Positions 48,156 through 57,183 of a stretch of 64,000 nucleotides of DNA are shown piece by piece (position 1 is the first letter of the stretch; each line of letters begins with the position of its first letter). The notes beneath the pieces were generated by a model, which was not told where the DNA came from, made no database searches, and saw only the letters and a program-made list of their open reading frames with translations. Both the position numbers and the translations under genes were made by a program. Source of the stretch: a virus; IMG/VR virus record IMGVR_UViG_3300022602_002120, positions 1-64,000 of that record; one strand, 5' to 3'.

Positions 48156-49082
48156 TTAAGCACGTGGTTTAAGTGTGCTTTGTTTGTTTACTGGACGACT
48201 ACCGTCATTACCAGCTAATTTACCTTCACCAGCGCCTTTCTTCTCAGCACCGTGGCCGCCGTCACCTTTACCGTCCCAAACTTTCTTGCTACCTGGTACG
48301 TTTTTGAATTGACCTGCGTGTGGTAAATCACCTTTCTTTTTAGCATTTGGATGTGGTGTTGTGCCATCTGGAGCAGTTTCTGCTTTACCAGTAGCAATGT
48401 TTTTGCCGCTAGCTGAACCGGCACCTAGTGGATTTTTACCTGCTACAATACCTTTATCATTAACTGTTGGTTTTTGGCTACGTGCACCTGTACCAGCTAA
48501 AGCACCTTCTGAATTACCAGGAGCTGCTACTTTTTCTACATATTCACGAACGATAGATTCATCCAAATCTTCGTCGTCTTCTTCGTCTTCGTCATCTTCT
48601 TCTTTTGACTCGTACATGCCTTCCATTTCATCTTCAGCACCAAATTCTTCTTCGTGGCCAAATTCTGGATCATCAATACCGTCATGATGTTCTGGCTCGT
48701 GAGCTTCATCAGCCATTAGTGCATCAAATTCAGCTTTAAGTTCGTCAAGTGCATCTTCAAGATCTAAAACGCGATCTTCGATTTCTGCTTCTTCGTGTTC
48801 TTCGCCGCCAAATTCTTCTTCACCGCCGAATTCACCTTCTGTGTCTTCATCGCTACCAAAGTCTTCATCTTCTTCTTCAGAAATGCCTTCTTCGTCTGAT
48901 GTAACTTCGTCAACTAAGTTTTCAACTTCGTTGCCGCCGATTGTTTCATCTAAATCTTCTTCTTCTACTAAGCTCTCATAGATGTCGCGAGATTTCTCAA
49001 CAACGATCTGATGGAATAATTCACGAGCTTTGTCATTTTCATCATTAATGATGAACTCAACTAACTGTTCGTATTTGTTCAT
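48156..49082 (-). CDS. Acidic prohead core protein (positional gp67/68 analogue)
   Basis: Very acidic N-terminal half and basic C-terminus; lies between portal and protease; TAAATA at 49146-49151. Confidence 0.65.
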   Translation of the reverse strand: MNKYEQLVEFIINDENDKARELFHQIVVEKSRDIYESLVEEEDLDETIGGNEVENLVDEVTSDEEGISEEEDEDFGSDEDTEGEFGGEEEFGGEEHEEAEIEDRVLDLEDALDELKAEFDALMADEAHEPEHHDGIDDPEFGHEEEFGAEDEMEGMYESKEEDDEDEEDDEDLDESIVREYVEKVAAPGNSEGALAGTGARSQKPTVNDKGIVAGKNPLGAGSASGKNIATGKAETAPDGTTPHPNAKKKGDLPHAGQFKNVPGSKKVWDGKGDGGHGAEKKGAGEGKLAGNDGSRPVNKQSTLKPRA

Positions 49083-49209
49083 TATGAACTCCTTGTGATA
49101 ATATAAGTTTCGAAACTTACATCTGTATGATGTATTATGTTTATATATTTACAAAATTTATTAAAAAGTGGGGTTTTATGCTATGTTTTTGAGTCAAAAC
49201 GAGAGATAA

Positions 49210-49434
49210 CTACATTCCACCTTGTTCTTGCGGTGGTGCTTTGTATTGAATTTGCACAGCGTCAATCTTCTTTTCATGTTCTAATTTACGAATGTCATTC
49301 ATGATTCTTAGACGATTTAGCTGTTTTAAAGTTAATTTAGTCTTGCGGAGGTCTTTGAGTTTGATAACAGAATTGTCATCTTTCTCATCATAATATCCCG
49401 CAGGAGTAGGTTCAAGAATTTCAAATAGGTTCAT
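49210..49434 (-). CDS. Small hypothetical head-region protein
   Basis: Likely start MNLFEILE, just after TAAATA at 49440-49445. Confidence 0.7.
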   Translation of the reverse strand: MNLFEILEPTPAGYYDEKDDNSVIKLKDLRKTKLTLKQLNRLRIMNDIRKLEHEKKIDAVQIQYKAPPQEQGGM

Positions 49435-49454
49435 AACGTTATTTACCAAAAATA

Positions 49455-51176
49455 TTATAAACCTAATCCGCCACCTTGTGAGCCAGCACCTGTGGGTGCG
49501 CTTTGAGGAGCACCTGCTTCTTGTGCGCCTCCTTGTGGCGTACCTTGTGCGCCTGCTTCCGGTGCTTCTTGTGGACTTAGAGTGTCCATATCTTGTTGCA
49601 GACCGGCATTTGTAACACCTACAGCACGTAGACCAGCTTGTGGTATTTCTGTATCTTCAACAGCACCGTTTTCTTGTGCCCATAATTCATCATTACGTTG
49701 CATTTCTTCTTCACTTAGGTCCAAGTAACGTTCTAATAAGAAACGTTTGCTCAAGTAAGGAATAGGCTCTAGCTGTGTAAATGTGCTAATACGAACTTGA
49801 TCGACTTCTGCTTGACGATACTTAGCAAAGTTTTGTGGTTCGTTAAAACGCAATTCAAATAGTGCATTATCAATATTAATACCTCTCCAACGCATAAACA
49901 TCTTAAATTCGTTGTCAAGTTTTTCTGCAATCATCTTTTGAAGGCGCATACAATATTGATTAAAGCGCCACTCTTGGATCAATGCTGTGGTTGTTTTACC
50001 GTCACTGAATGTACGTTCACCTTCATCTGTACCTGTAGGTAAGTATGAGCTAGGTATACGTAGACCACGGAACATTTTGTTAGTAAAATAACGCAGGTCA
50101 GTAATTTCACCTAGGTTTTGACCACCTGGGAATACATCTACGCTACTACCACGGCCGTCTGCTGTAACAGGGAAGAAATAATCCTCGTTCGTTGACAGTG
50201 GATTGTATGTAGCATCCATCATGTTAACACCGCCACCAGTTTGTGTAGGGATACGACGTTGGTGAATTTCATTTTTAACACGATCAACATAGGCCATGGC
50301 CATGTGGGTTGGCATGTTACCTACGTCAATTTTGAATACACGACGTTCTGGTGCACGTTGTATGCGGTAAATGATAATACTATCTTCTAATAGTTCTTTT
50401 TGTTTAAAAATCTTAAAGATACTTTCTAATACACTAGTACCGAATGGCCAATTTAGGTCTAGACCTTCTGTTAGACTTAGATGTACTACGTGTTCTGCAT
50501 CAATAACAGCTTCGTTTTTAGCATGACTAAAACGGCTACCCCCACTGTACGGAGTTTGCGGTTGTACATAACTACCACTAGGTCCACCTACTTGTGGGTG
50601 ATTAATAAATGTATCACTCGAGCTTAAGGCTGTGGCTGTTAAGTTTTGGAAGTTAATATTTAGATCTTTGATAACATATTGTTCCGGCTTCTTGCCTTCT
50701 GCTTCGTTAACAATAACCTTAGTTACTTTAAACATTTCTGTCCAGTATAACTTAAAGTCTTCTGGATCACGTAGGAATACTTGATCACCGTACTTAATAC
50801 AGTTACGGAATAGTTTAAACAGGCGTTTGTTTAGGTCGTTTAATGTTACCCACTGTTGTAGTTGATCTTTTAGAATCTTAACTTCGTTGTCTGTTGGATC
50901 TTCTTTGAAGAATAGGTCAAATCCTGTGCCGTTTTCAATGTTAGTTTGTGTACTAAACTCAGCAATAATGTCTAGGGCAGCATTAATTTCACTGTCCATG
51001 TCCATTTGCTCGTATTGGTTGTATCGTTCTGTACGATTTGGATGCCCAATGTACACTTCTGGTAGTTGACTCGCAAAGTTGCGATAGCCTGCGTCTGGTA
51101 AATTATTATTACCACCGCCCAGTGGGCTCATCATACCGCTAGTGTTAGCAGTCTTAAAATACTTTTTCCACGCCAT
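49455..51176 (-). CDS. gp20: Portal protein gp20
   Basis: MDMDSEINAALDII, LEDSIIIYRIQRAPERRVFKIDVG, EDYFFP, YFTNKMFRGLRIP. Confidence 0.96.
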   Translation of the reverse strand: MAWKKYFKTANTSGMMSPLGGGNNNLPDAGYRNFASQLPEVYIGHPNRTERYNQYEQMDMDSEINAALDIIAEFSTQTNIENGTGFDLFFKEDPTDNEVKILKDQLQQWVTLNDLNKRLFKLFRNCIKYGDQVFLRDPEDFKLYWTEMFKVTKVIVNEAEGKKPEQYVIKDLNINFQNLTATALSSSDTFINHPQVGGPSGSYVQPQTPYSGGSRFSHAKNEAVIDAEHVVHLSLTEGLDLNWPFGTSVLESIFKIFKQKELLEDSIIIYRIQRAPERRVFKIDVGNMPTHMAMAYVDRVKNEIHQRRIPTQTGGGVNMMDATYNPLSTNEDYFFPVTADGRGSSVDVFPGGQNLGEITDLRYFTNKMFRGLRIPSSYLPTGTDEGERTFSDGKTTTALIQEWRFNQYCMRLQKMIAEKLDNEFKMFMRWRGINIDNALFELRFNEPQNFAKYRQAEVDQVRISTFTQLEPIPYLSKRFLLERYLDLSEEEMQRNDELWAQENGAVEDTEIPQAGLRAVGVTNAGLQQDMDTLSPQEAPEAGAQGTPQGGAQEAGAPQSAPTGAGSQGGGLGL

Positions 51177-51234
51177 ATTTGTTTAACCTAGGTTGTATTT
51201 ATTATTTAACTAAAATTACAGTTTGCTATAAATT

Positions 51235-53838
51235 TTAATTAGTGTTTGCTGCTACTCTAGCTGTATGATCTACGTTTTGTTTCATTAGTCTAGCAATTTC
51301 TGCTAAATGAGCTGTAGCTTCTGCAGAACTAACATCACCGCGTTCCTCGTCGTCCCATTGTTTATATACTTTCTTAATAGGATCTGCTTCTGGACGTTTC
51401 ATAAACTCTTCTTGCAGTTGATTTACGTCAAAACCTTCAAAGCCTTTCATACGATCTTTAATCACACCCCAACGATCTTCATTCATGCTAACCTTTGGTT
51501 GATAATCGTTTTCTCCGAATCGCTGACCTTTCATTTCACGCATAGCATCAATAGCTGTTACCAGACTTTCAACTGTGGCATTACTCAATACGCTACTAGG
51601 TCCGTTAGTAGTAACCGGACTAGTTGCTGTTTGATTAAATCCTTGAAGTTGTTTAGCTATTTCAGCTTGCAATACCGGCGAGTTGACTACAGTTTTGTCC
51701 ATACCGTCATCGCCGGTTAGGTTTCCAGATTGTAACTTCATGGCATTTATTACATCAAGTAATTTACCAGTTGATACTGTACTTAATACACTACTCGGGC
51801 CACTAATAAGTTCAGGGCCGTTTTCACCAGCAATACCTAGTTTACCTACACCAATTGCACCACCTTTATCATGTTTAGCAACGGATTTCATGTAATCAGA
51901 TTGCCAATCACTAGGCTTATTAGCCTGTGCAGCATTTGCATTTTGTGTAGCAGCAAAATCTCTTATACGTTTTTCATATTCTGCTTGCGTTTCATTTGGT
52001 TGTTTTAAGAACGCTGTACTTGATGCTCCTACTCCTTCGGCTTTATTTTCGCCTGTAGCTACTTGTGTCATAGCCGCAGTTCTATTTTCTTTTGCGATCC
52101 CAGGAGTATGAGTTTTAATACCAAGATCAGCAAGCATATCCTGTACTTGGCTTAACATTGCTTTGCTTACTTCGGCAAATTTTGCTATAGCAGGTGTTAA
52201 TTCTTGTTGAAGTGCTTTTTTCAAATCTTGCGCAGCTTCTTCTGCGCCTGTTACACTCTTAGTTAGATCATCATTTGCATCTTTTTGTGTTACTCCAGCC
52301 TCTGCTCCATCTACAGCAGCTTTTGTATATTGATTGTTGGCATCAATTTGTTTAGACATTGATGCAGAAAGATCTTTTATAGCACCATCAGCAAAATATC
52401 CAGCACGAGCCAATCCTTGGTTAGAGAGAATAGATTTATTAATCGTTTCACCGTACTTGGCATTTAAATCTGCACCTTTTTTGTAAGTTAATGTATTACT
52501 TTCCCATGCTGCATATAATTCACTGGCTTTATCTTTAGCACCTCTTACTTGTGCTTCATACATTGCACCTTCTTCGTTAATAACTGCGCCATGTGATGCA
52601 ACACGATCTTTGAAATTTTTCAGCTCAAGATCTGTCATACTTGTCATAGCCTGCTGAATAGCAGCTTGTTGTTCAGGTGATTTTTTAGCCAATTCCTGTC
52701 TAAATATTAGTTCTTTAGATGCTTGTTCAGCAACTTCCATTTTCTTTTTAGCATCTTCACCTGTAATACTAGCAATTAAACGTAGATTTTCTGCATATTT
52801 TTGTGTAGCATCTTGCACATTCTTATCAGTAACTGTTTTACCAGTGATACGCATCTGTTTAGTAACATCGGCCATTAGACCTACTTGTTCTTCAAACCCG
52901 TAACCTAATTTTAATAGCTGTTCTTGTGCGCCCGATTCTTTTAGTGCCTTACCGACACGACCTAACATCTTAGTGCCTTCAGTTACACTAATGCCAGCTG
53001 ATGCAATCTTTTCACTGCTGGCTTTAACAACATTTGACATTTGCTCAATAGTTAAACCGGCATCTCCTGCGGCATTGCGCATACCAGTCATGCCATCAGT
53101 AAACAGAGCCCCGCTAGCCGACATTTGATTAAATGCTTTGTATGTTTTTTCTACTTCTTTGCTTAAGATCTCAACACCAAACTTAGCTAATTTAGTCATT
53201 GACTCTGAACTAGCGTCTAGTGCTGATCCGAGTATTTTTGCCGCGCCGCCGACTATAAATCCAAGTCCTTCAGTTTCGACTCCTGCAGCCATAGCTACAT
53301 CACCAAAGGTACTTAATAGCTTACCAGCGCCTTTAGCCGCAGATCCTGCCATGTCAATGCCTGCGGTCATCAGATCTGTAGATAATTGTGTTCCGCTAGC
53401 ATCGTCTTGAAGATTTTTTACAAATTGTGCTGTACCTTGAGCAGCTCGACCTAGTATGTCTTTAGTTGCTTTACTAGTTGCATCTGCATATTTCTTAGTG
53501 GCTTCTTCAGCCATTTTAGTAGCAGCGGTCTTGGCTAACTCTGCTTTCATTGATTTCTTAACCGCTATTTCAGCCGCATCAGTAGTTTCATCTAGATCTT
53601 CAATAGAATCATTGAGTTCATCAATTTTCTTTTTTAGGTCGTCATAGGTGGCTTTTTGCTTTTTAGCGTCTTTGGTTAACTTGTCAATTTCTTTTTGGAA
53701 TTTTTCAGCAGATTTTCCAGACTTTTCGTAGATATCGTTTAAGTCCTTGCTGTTTGCGCCAAATCGTTCTAGGAATTCAGCAAACGCTCTTAATTGTTCT
53801 TCATTCATGCTTTTATAGACCTTGGTTTTAGCTACCAT
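51235..53838 (-). CDS. Tape-measure-like protein
   Basis: Ala/Lys-rich helical; GGAIG..KLGIAGENGPELI motif; divergent from the gp26-like gene. Confidence 0.65.
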   Translation of the reverse strand: MVAKTKVYKSMNEEQLRAFAEFLERFGANSKDLNDIYEKSGKSAEKFQKEIDKLTKDAKKQKATYDDLKKKIDELNDSIEDLDETTDAAEIAVKKSMKAELAKTAATKMAEEATKKYADATSKATKDILGRAAQGTAQFVKNLQDDASGTQLSTDLMTAGIDMAGSAAKGAGKLLSTFGDVAMAAGVETEGLGFIVGGAAKILGSALDASSESMTKLAKFGVEILSKEVEKTYKAFNQMSASGALFTDGMTGMRNAAGDAGLTIEQMSNVVKASSEKIASAGISVTEGTKMLGRVGKALKESGAQEQLLKLGYGFEEQVGLMADVTKQMRITGKTVTDKNVQDATQKYAENLRLIASITGEDAKKKMEVAEQASKELIFRQELAKKSPEQQAAIQQAMTSMTDLELKNFKDRVASHGAVINEEGAMYEAQVRGAKDKASELYAAWESNTLTYKKGADLNAKYGETINKSILSNQGLARAGYFADGAIKDLSASMSKQIDANNQYTKAAVDGAEAGVTQKDANDDLTKSVTGAEEAAQDLKKALQQELTPAIAKFAEVSKAMLSQVQDMLADLGIKTHTPGIAKENRTAAMTQVATGENKAEGVGASSTAFLKQPNETQAEYEKRIRDFAATQNANAAQANKPSDWQSDYMKSVAKHDKGGAIGVGKLGIAGENGPELISGPSSVLSTVSTGKLLDVINAMKLQSGNLTGDDGMDKTVVNSPVLQAEIAKQLQGFNQTATSPVTTNGPSSVLSNATVESLVTAIDAMREMKGQRFGENDYQPKVSMNEDRWGVIKDRMKGFEGFDVNQLQEEFMKRPEADPIKKVYKQWDDEERGDVSSAEATAHLAEIARLMKQNVDHTARVAANTN

Positions 53839-53883
53839 AAATATAAAATATGGTACTATCAATTATTTATAGGAAATAAAAAC

Positions 53884-54750
53884 ATGAGTCAAACTCCATC
53901 GTTTAATCAAGCTAACCCATTAGCTAGACACTTTAGACAACCAGTGATCTACACTAAACTACCTAGTCGCGGTCAGTTTTGGCCAGAAGGTAGTATAGAC
54001 ATCCCTGTTACAGGTGAAATTCCTATTCTAGCAATGAGTACTAAAGACGAAGTTATTCTACGCACACCAGATGCACTGTTAAACGGGCAAGGTGTTATTG
54101 ATGTTATTCAAAGTTGCTGTCCAACTATTAAGAACGCATGGGAAACTCCTAGTATTGACGTAGACAGCATTATTATCAGTATTCGTATTGCTAGTTATGG
54201 TAATAATATGGAGTTTACCAGCACTTGCCCACACTGTAATACCCAGCATGACTATAGCGTTGATCTAGGAGTAGTTCTACAGGGCATCGAAACACCTAAC
54301 TACAGTAGAGGTGTTGACGTAGATGGTCTTAAAATTAAACTACGTCCGCAACCATACTTTAGTCTTAACAAAACTAACATCATTGCTTTTGAAGAACAGC
54401 AATTGTTACGATCACTACAGATGATTGAAGATAATTCAGACGAAGCACAGGCTAAATTTAATGCACAGCTGAATAAACTAATCGATCTTAACATTATGAT
54501 CACTGCCGACAGTACAGAAAGCATTACCACAGAAGACGGACAACTAGTAACTGATCGTAGTTTTATCAAAGAGTTCTACACAAACTGTGATAATAAAACA
54601 GTTAAAGCGGTTAAAGCTCGTTTAGATGAATATAACAAACAAGCCAACATTAAACCATTTAATGTTATCTGTAGCGAAGAAGACTGCGCTAAGCCATTTG
54701 ATATTGATATTATATTCGATTTTGCAAGTTTTTTCGGAAAAGGCTCTTAA
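53884..54750 (+). CDS. gp26: Baseplate hub assembly / tail chaperone gp26-like
   Basis: LPSRG.F, DEVILRTPDALLNG, IRIASYG, CPHC and C-terminal C..C motifs; late promoter at 53838-53843. Confidence 0.8.
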   Translation: MSQTPSFNQANPLARHFRQPVIYTKLPSRGQFWPEGSIDIPVTGEIPILAMSTKDEVILRTPDALLNGQGVIDVIQSCCPTIKNAWETPSIDVDSIIISIRIASYGNNMEFTSTCPHCNTQHDYSVDLGVVLQGIETPNYSRGVDVDGLKIKLRPQPYFSLNKTNIIAFEEQQLLRSLQMIEDNSDEAQAKFNAQLNKLIDLNIMITADSTESITTEDGQLVTDRSFIKEFYTNCDNKTVKAVKARLDEYNKQANIKPFNVICSEEDCAKPFDIDIIFDFASFFGKGS

Positions 54751-54965
54751 CTCTAGATAACGCCAGCGTCGTGTCCTTACTCGAAGGATATGACAAAGAA
54801 GTAAGAGCCTTAAAAGATGATGCGTTACGTATGTGTTGGTATATGCGTGGTGGGTTAAGTTATGATGATGCTATGTTGCTAAGTCAAACAGAAAAAGAAA
54901 TTATCAATAAGATAGTTAAAGATAATTTAGAAACTACCCAAAAGAGTCATTTGCCTTTCTTTTAA
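54708..54965 (+). CDS. gp51-like ORF, possibly reached by a -1 frameshift from the gp26-like gene
   Basis: Frame open from 54708; no SD before the GTG at 54771; slippery T-TTT-TTC at 54729-54735. Confidence 0.6.
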   Translation, partial: YYIRFCKFFRKRLLTLDNASVVSLLEGYDKEVRALKDDALRMCWYMRGGLSYDDAMLLSQTEKEIINKIVKDNLETTQKSHLPFF

Positions 54966-55059
54966 TAAAAGTCATTATATTACATACAAGAGTAGTTGTG
55001 TGGCATATATTCTAGACTAATCCATTTGTGTAGTATAATTCGTAATATATTCCATACAA

Positions 55060-55500
55060 GAAAGATGTCTCTGACATCTGCGTTATCGCTATCGCTCAAC
55101 GCTTTTTCTTCTAATCTAAATTACGTTAGTTATTTTGAATTACTGTACTGCTCTTAAACGTTATCATCCAGATTTGGTCATACTTCACCTATCCGAGGCA
55201 AAGTATAAGTCGCATCATCCGAGTTGACAGTCATACTAACTAAAAGAGATTGTTAATCAATAACACGGAGGCGGTCAGCCGGTACCCCCTACTCTAGCTT
55301 CTTCTGACGGGTGCTGTATAGCCATAGTTAGCTAACTATACTAGTCACGTGAGTTGTATTGCTTTTTCTTCAGAGCTCACATCATTTGGCGTTTAGGCCT
55401 AATTGATCGTCGGTGCCATCCAGTGTGTAGTCTACTCTACACGTTCCAAGTGCGGCCATTACGCGAGCACCATCTCCTCTGGATACAGAACTTAATCTGC
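55060..55500 (-). ncRNA. Candidate large structured non-coding RNA (family not recognised)
   Basis: About 550 nt with no ORF in the track; more GC-rich than its flanks; long-range closing helix and multiple hairpins whose G.U pairs form only on the minus strand. Confidence 0.65.
55063..55079 (-). terminator. Terminator-like hairpin at the 3' end of the candidate ncRNA
   Basis: AGATGTC-AGA-GACATCT followed by TTCTT on the minus strand. Confidence 0.55.
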
Positions 55501-55512
55501 AATAGGGCTAAT

Positions 55513-55950
55513 TTACTTCTTTATTACTAGATCTTTTACTGAATTCTTGCCAAGTTTAATTTGTATAATGCCGTTGTAGTTGTTTTCACGAAGTAATACA
55601 TGTTCTGTGAATTGGTAGTAGGCCTCTAAGTAGTTTGTTTCGCCTCTACTGTTACATAAATGAATTATGTCACGAGTAAAGTTTTCTTTGCCATGTGTGT
55701 CAATATCTGCTTGTAGTCGCGGACTAGATCCCCAGTAGGTCTTCCAATCTGTTTCTACAACTTCACGACGTTTGTTTTTCTTGCCTTTTAGAGGTGGTCT
55801 CTTTTTGATAGTAGTGAAATATTTGCGGCCAACATAATCGTGACCATTTATATTATTTGTAATTCTGTAGATAAAACCATAATAAGTGCCGATATCCTCG
55901 GATTCAAATGCTACACCGTTATAAATCCAAGGATAATCGTATGATGCCAT
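55513..55950 (-). CDS. Minimal GIY-YIG family nuclease (145 aa)
   Basis: GFIYRITNNINGHDYVGRK, YWGSS, LEAYYQF, NYNG; no C-terminal DNA-binding domains. Confidence 0.85.
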   Translation of the reverse strand: MASYDYPWIYNGVAFESEDIGTYYGFIYRITNNINGHDYVGRKYFTTIKKRPPLKGKKNKRREVVETDWKTYWGSSPRLQADIDTHGKENFTRDIIHLCNSRGETNYLEAYYQFTEHVLLRENNYNGIIQIKLGKNSVKDLVIKK

Positions 55951-55953
55951 AAG

Positions 55954-56145
55954 TTATTTAGCGGCTTTAGCTGCGTTTTTCTTCTCTTGAATTTCTGCAC
56001 GACGAGCTTTGGTTAGTTTACCTAGGTCGCCCAATGCACCACGAGCACGTGTTCCTGCCGCTGCTACACCTTTTTCTTCAAATTTAGCATGTTCTGTTAA
56101 GTATGCTTCATATGCTGCTACGATTTGTTCATGATTTGTTGCCAT
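55954..56145 (-). CDS. Histone H1-like Hc1-family small basic protein
   Basis: KFEEKGVAAAGTRARGALGDLGKLTKARRAEI resembles Hc1 (EKGNKAAAQRVR). Confidence 0.7.
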   Translation of the reverse strand: MATNHEQIVAAYEAYLTEHAKFEEKGVAAAGTRARGALGDLGKLTKARRAEIQEKKNAAKAAK

Positions 56146-56166
56146 TTTTTACTTCTCCTTGTGAAA

Positions 56167-57183
56167 TTACCATTCTGTTGCGTACTGCTGATTTACCACT
56201 GATATATTACATTTAGTCCTACATTCGGTCCTGGAGAAAATTTCAAACTCTTCGCTCCAATACTGGTCATTTAGGACCTCATTTAATGATCTTTGATTCA
56301 GATCAAACTGGTTCTTACTTACATCTAACCACTCGTTGTTATGTGAATATCTATTTGCTACCCAACAACAAGGAAATAAATGTCCTTGACTGTTGATAAA
56401 CAAACCCTTATTACCGATTCCACATAACGGAGTTACTTCGCCAAACGTTTCTGCTTGGTTATATAATCTTAAATTAGTTTTTGCACCTACTGTACTTTCT
56501 TTACGTTCATTGAATTGTGTAAAAATCCGTTGGAATCTGTAGTTAGTACTAATTAAGTTATCCTTGGGCTGTAATTGGTCGCTTTCTGGGTATATACTAT
56601 ATACTTTATTAAACTTTGTACTTAACGTCAACTGAAATTGATCAAACCCTAGTTCTTTGGCCAACAATTTCATATCATCTAATTTATCTTCGTTAAATTT
56701 AAATGCAATAGCATCCCAGGTCATATAAACATGACTGCTATTGCGTAAGGTAGTAACGCCTTGAATGATACTCGACCAATTGCTGTTTATACGATATTGT
56801 TCGTTACTGCCTTGATCCCATCCATCCAAACTAAAGTGAATATGATCATTATGATCTAATGCTTGCCCTAGTCTAGCCCACCAGTCAACATTTTTATAGC
56901 TACCGTTGGTAACAATAACAAATTTCACTGGTTTAACACTTTTAATATATTCGATCACGTCTATTAAGCTATGTGCATATATAGGATCACCATCGTCGCC
57001 ACAAAACGTAATCTTTTCTACGTTGTCTTGTATAAATTCTGGAGTAAAATTCTTCTTAAAGAAATTTAAACTTAATTCTGTGTTTACTAAGGTGTCGGGA
57101 ACTTCTGTGCGAGCACAGCGCGGACATTTTAATGTACACTTACTGGATATTTCGATATGCCAATGCCACGTTGCTAATTTCAA
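56167..57183 (-). CDS. Radical SAM protein with a Cys-rich C-terminal (twitch/SPASM-like) domain
   Basis: CTLKCPRC, FCGDDGDP, FSLDG, C...LFINSQGHLFPCCW. Confidence 0.9.
   Translation of the reverse strand: MKLATWHWHIEISSKCTLKCPRCARTEVPDTLVNTELSLNFFKKNFTPEFIQDNVEKITFCGDDGDPIYAHSLIDVIEYIKSVKPVKFVIVTNGSYKNVDWWARLGQALDHNDHIHFSLDGWDQGSNEQYRINSNWSSIIQGVTTLRNSSHVYMTWDAIAFKFNEDKLDDMKLLAKELGFDQFQLTLSTKFNKVYSIYPESDQLQPKDNLISTNYRFQRIFTQFNERKESTVGAKTNLRLYNQAETFGEVTPLCGIGNKGLFINSQGHLFPCCWVANRYSHNNEWLDVSKNQFDLNQRSLNEVLNDQYWSEEFEIFSRTECRTKCNISVVNQQYATEW

Noticed and set aside
49104-49134. 16-bp palindrome TAAGTTTCGAAACTTA with an adjacent small hairpin
   Set aside because: AT-rich and single-copy; plausible leader structure but nothing else supports a function.
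55013-55039. Plus-strand sigma70 promoter TAGACT..TATAAT, antisense to the ncRNA
   Set aside because: The spacer is only 15 nt and no ORF follows; cannot be supported without TSS data.
55060-55500. Group I intron, RNase P RNA, tmRNA or tRNA identity for the structured region
   Set aside because: No recognisable P7 (R/S) elements, no GAGGAAAGUCC P4 motif, no tRNA-like ends or CCA, and the region does not interrupt a gene.
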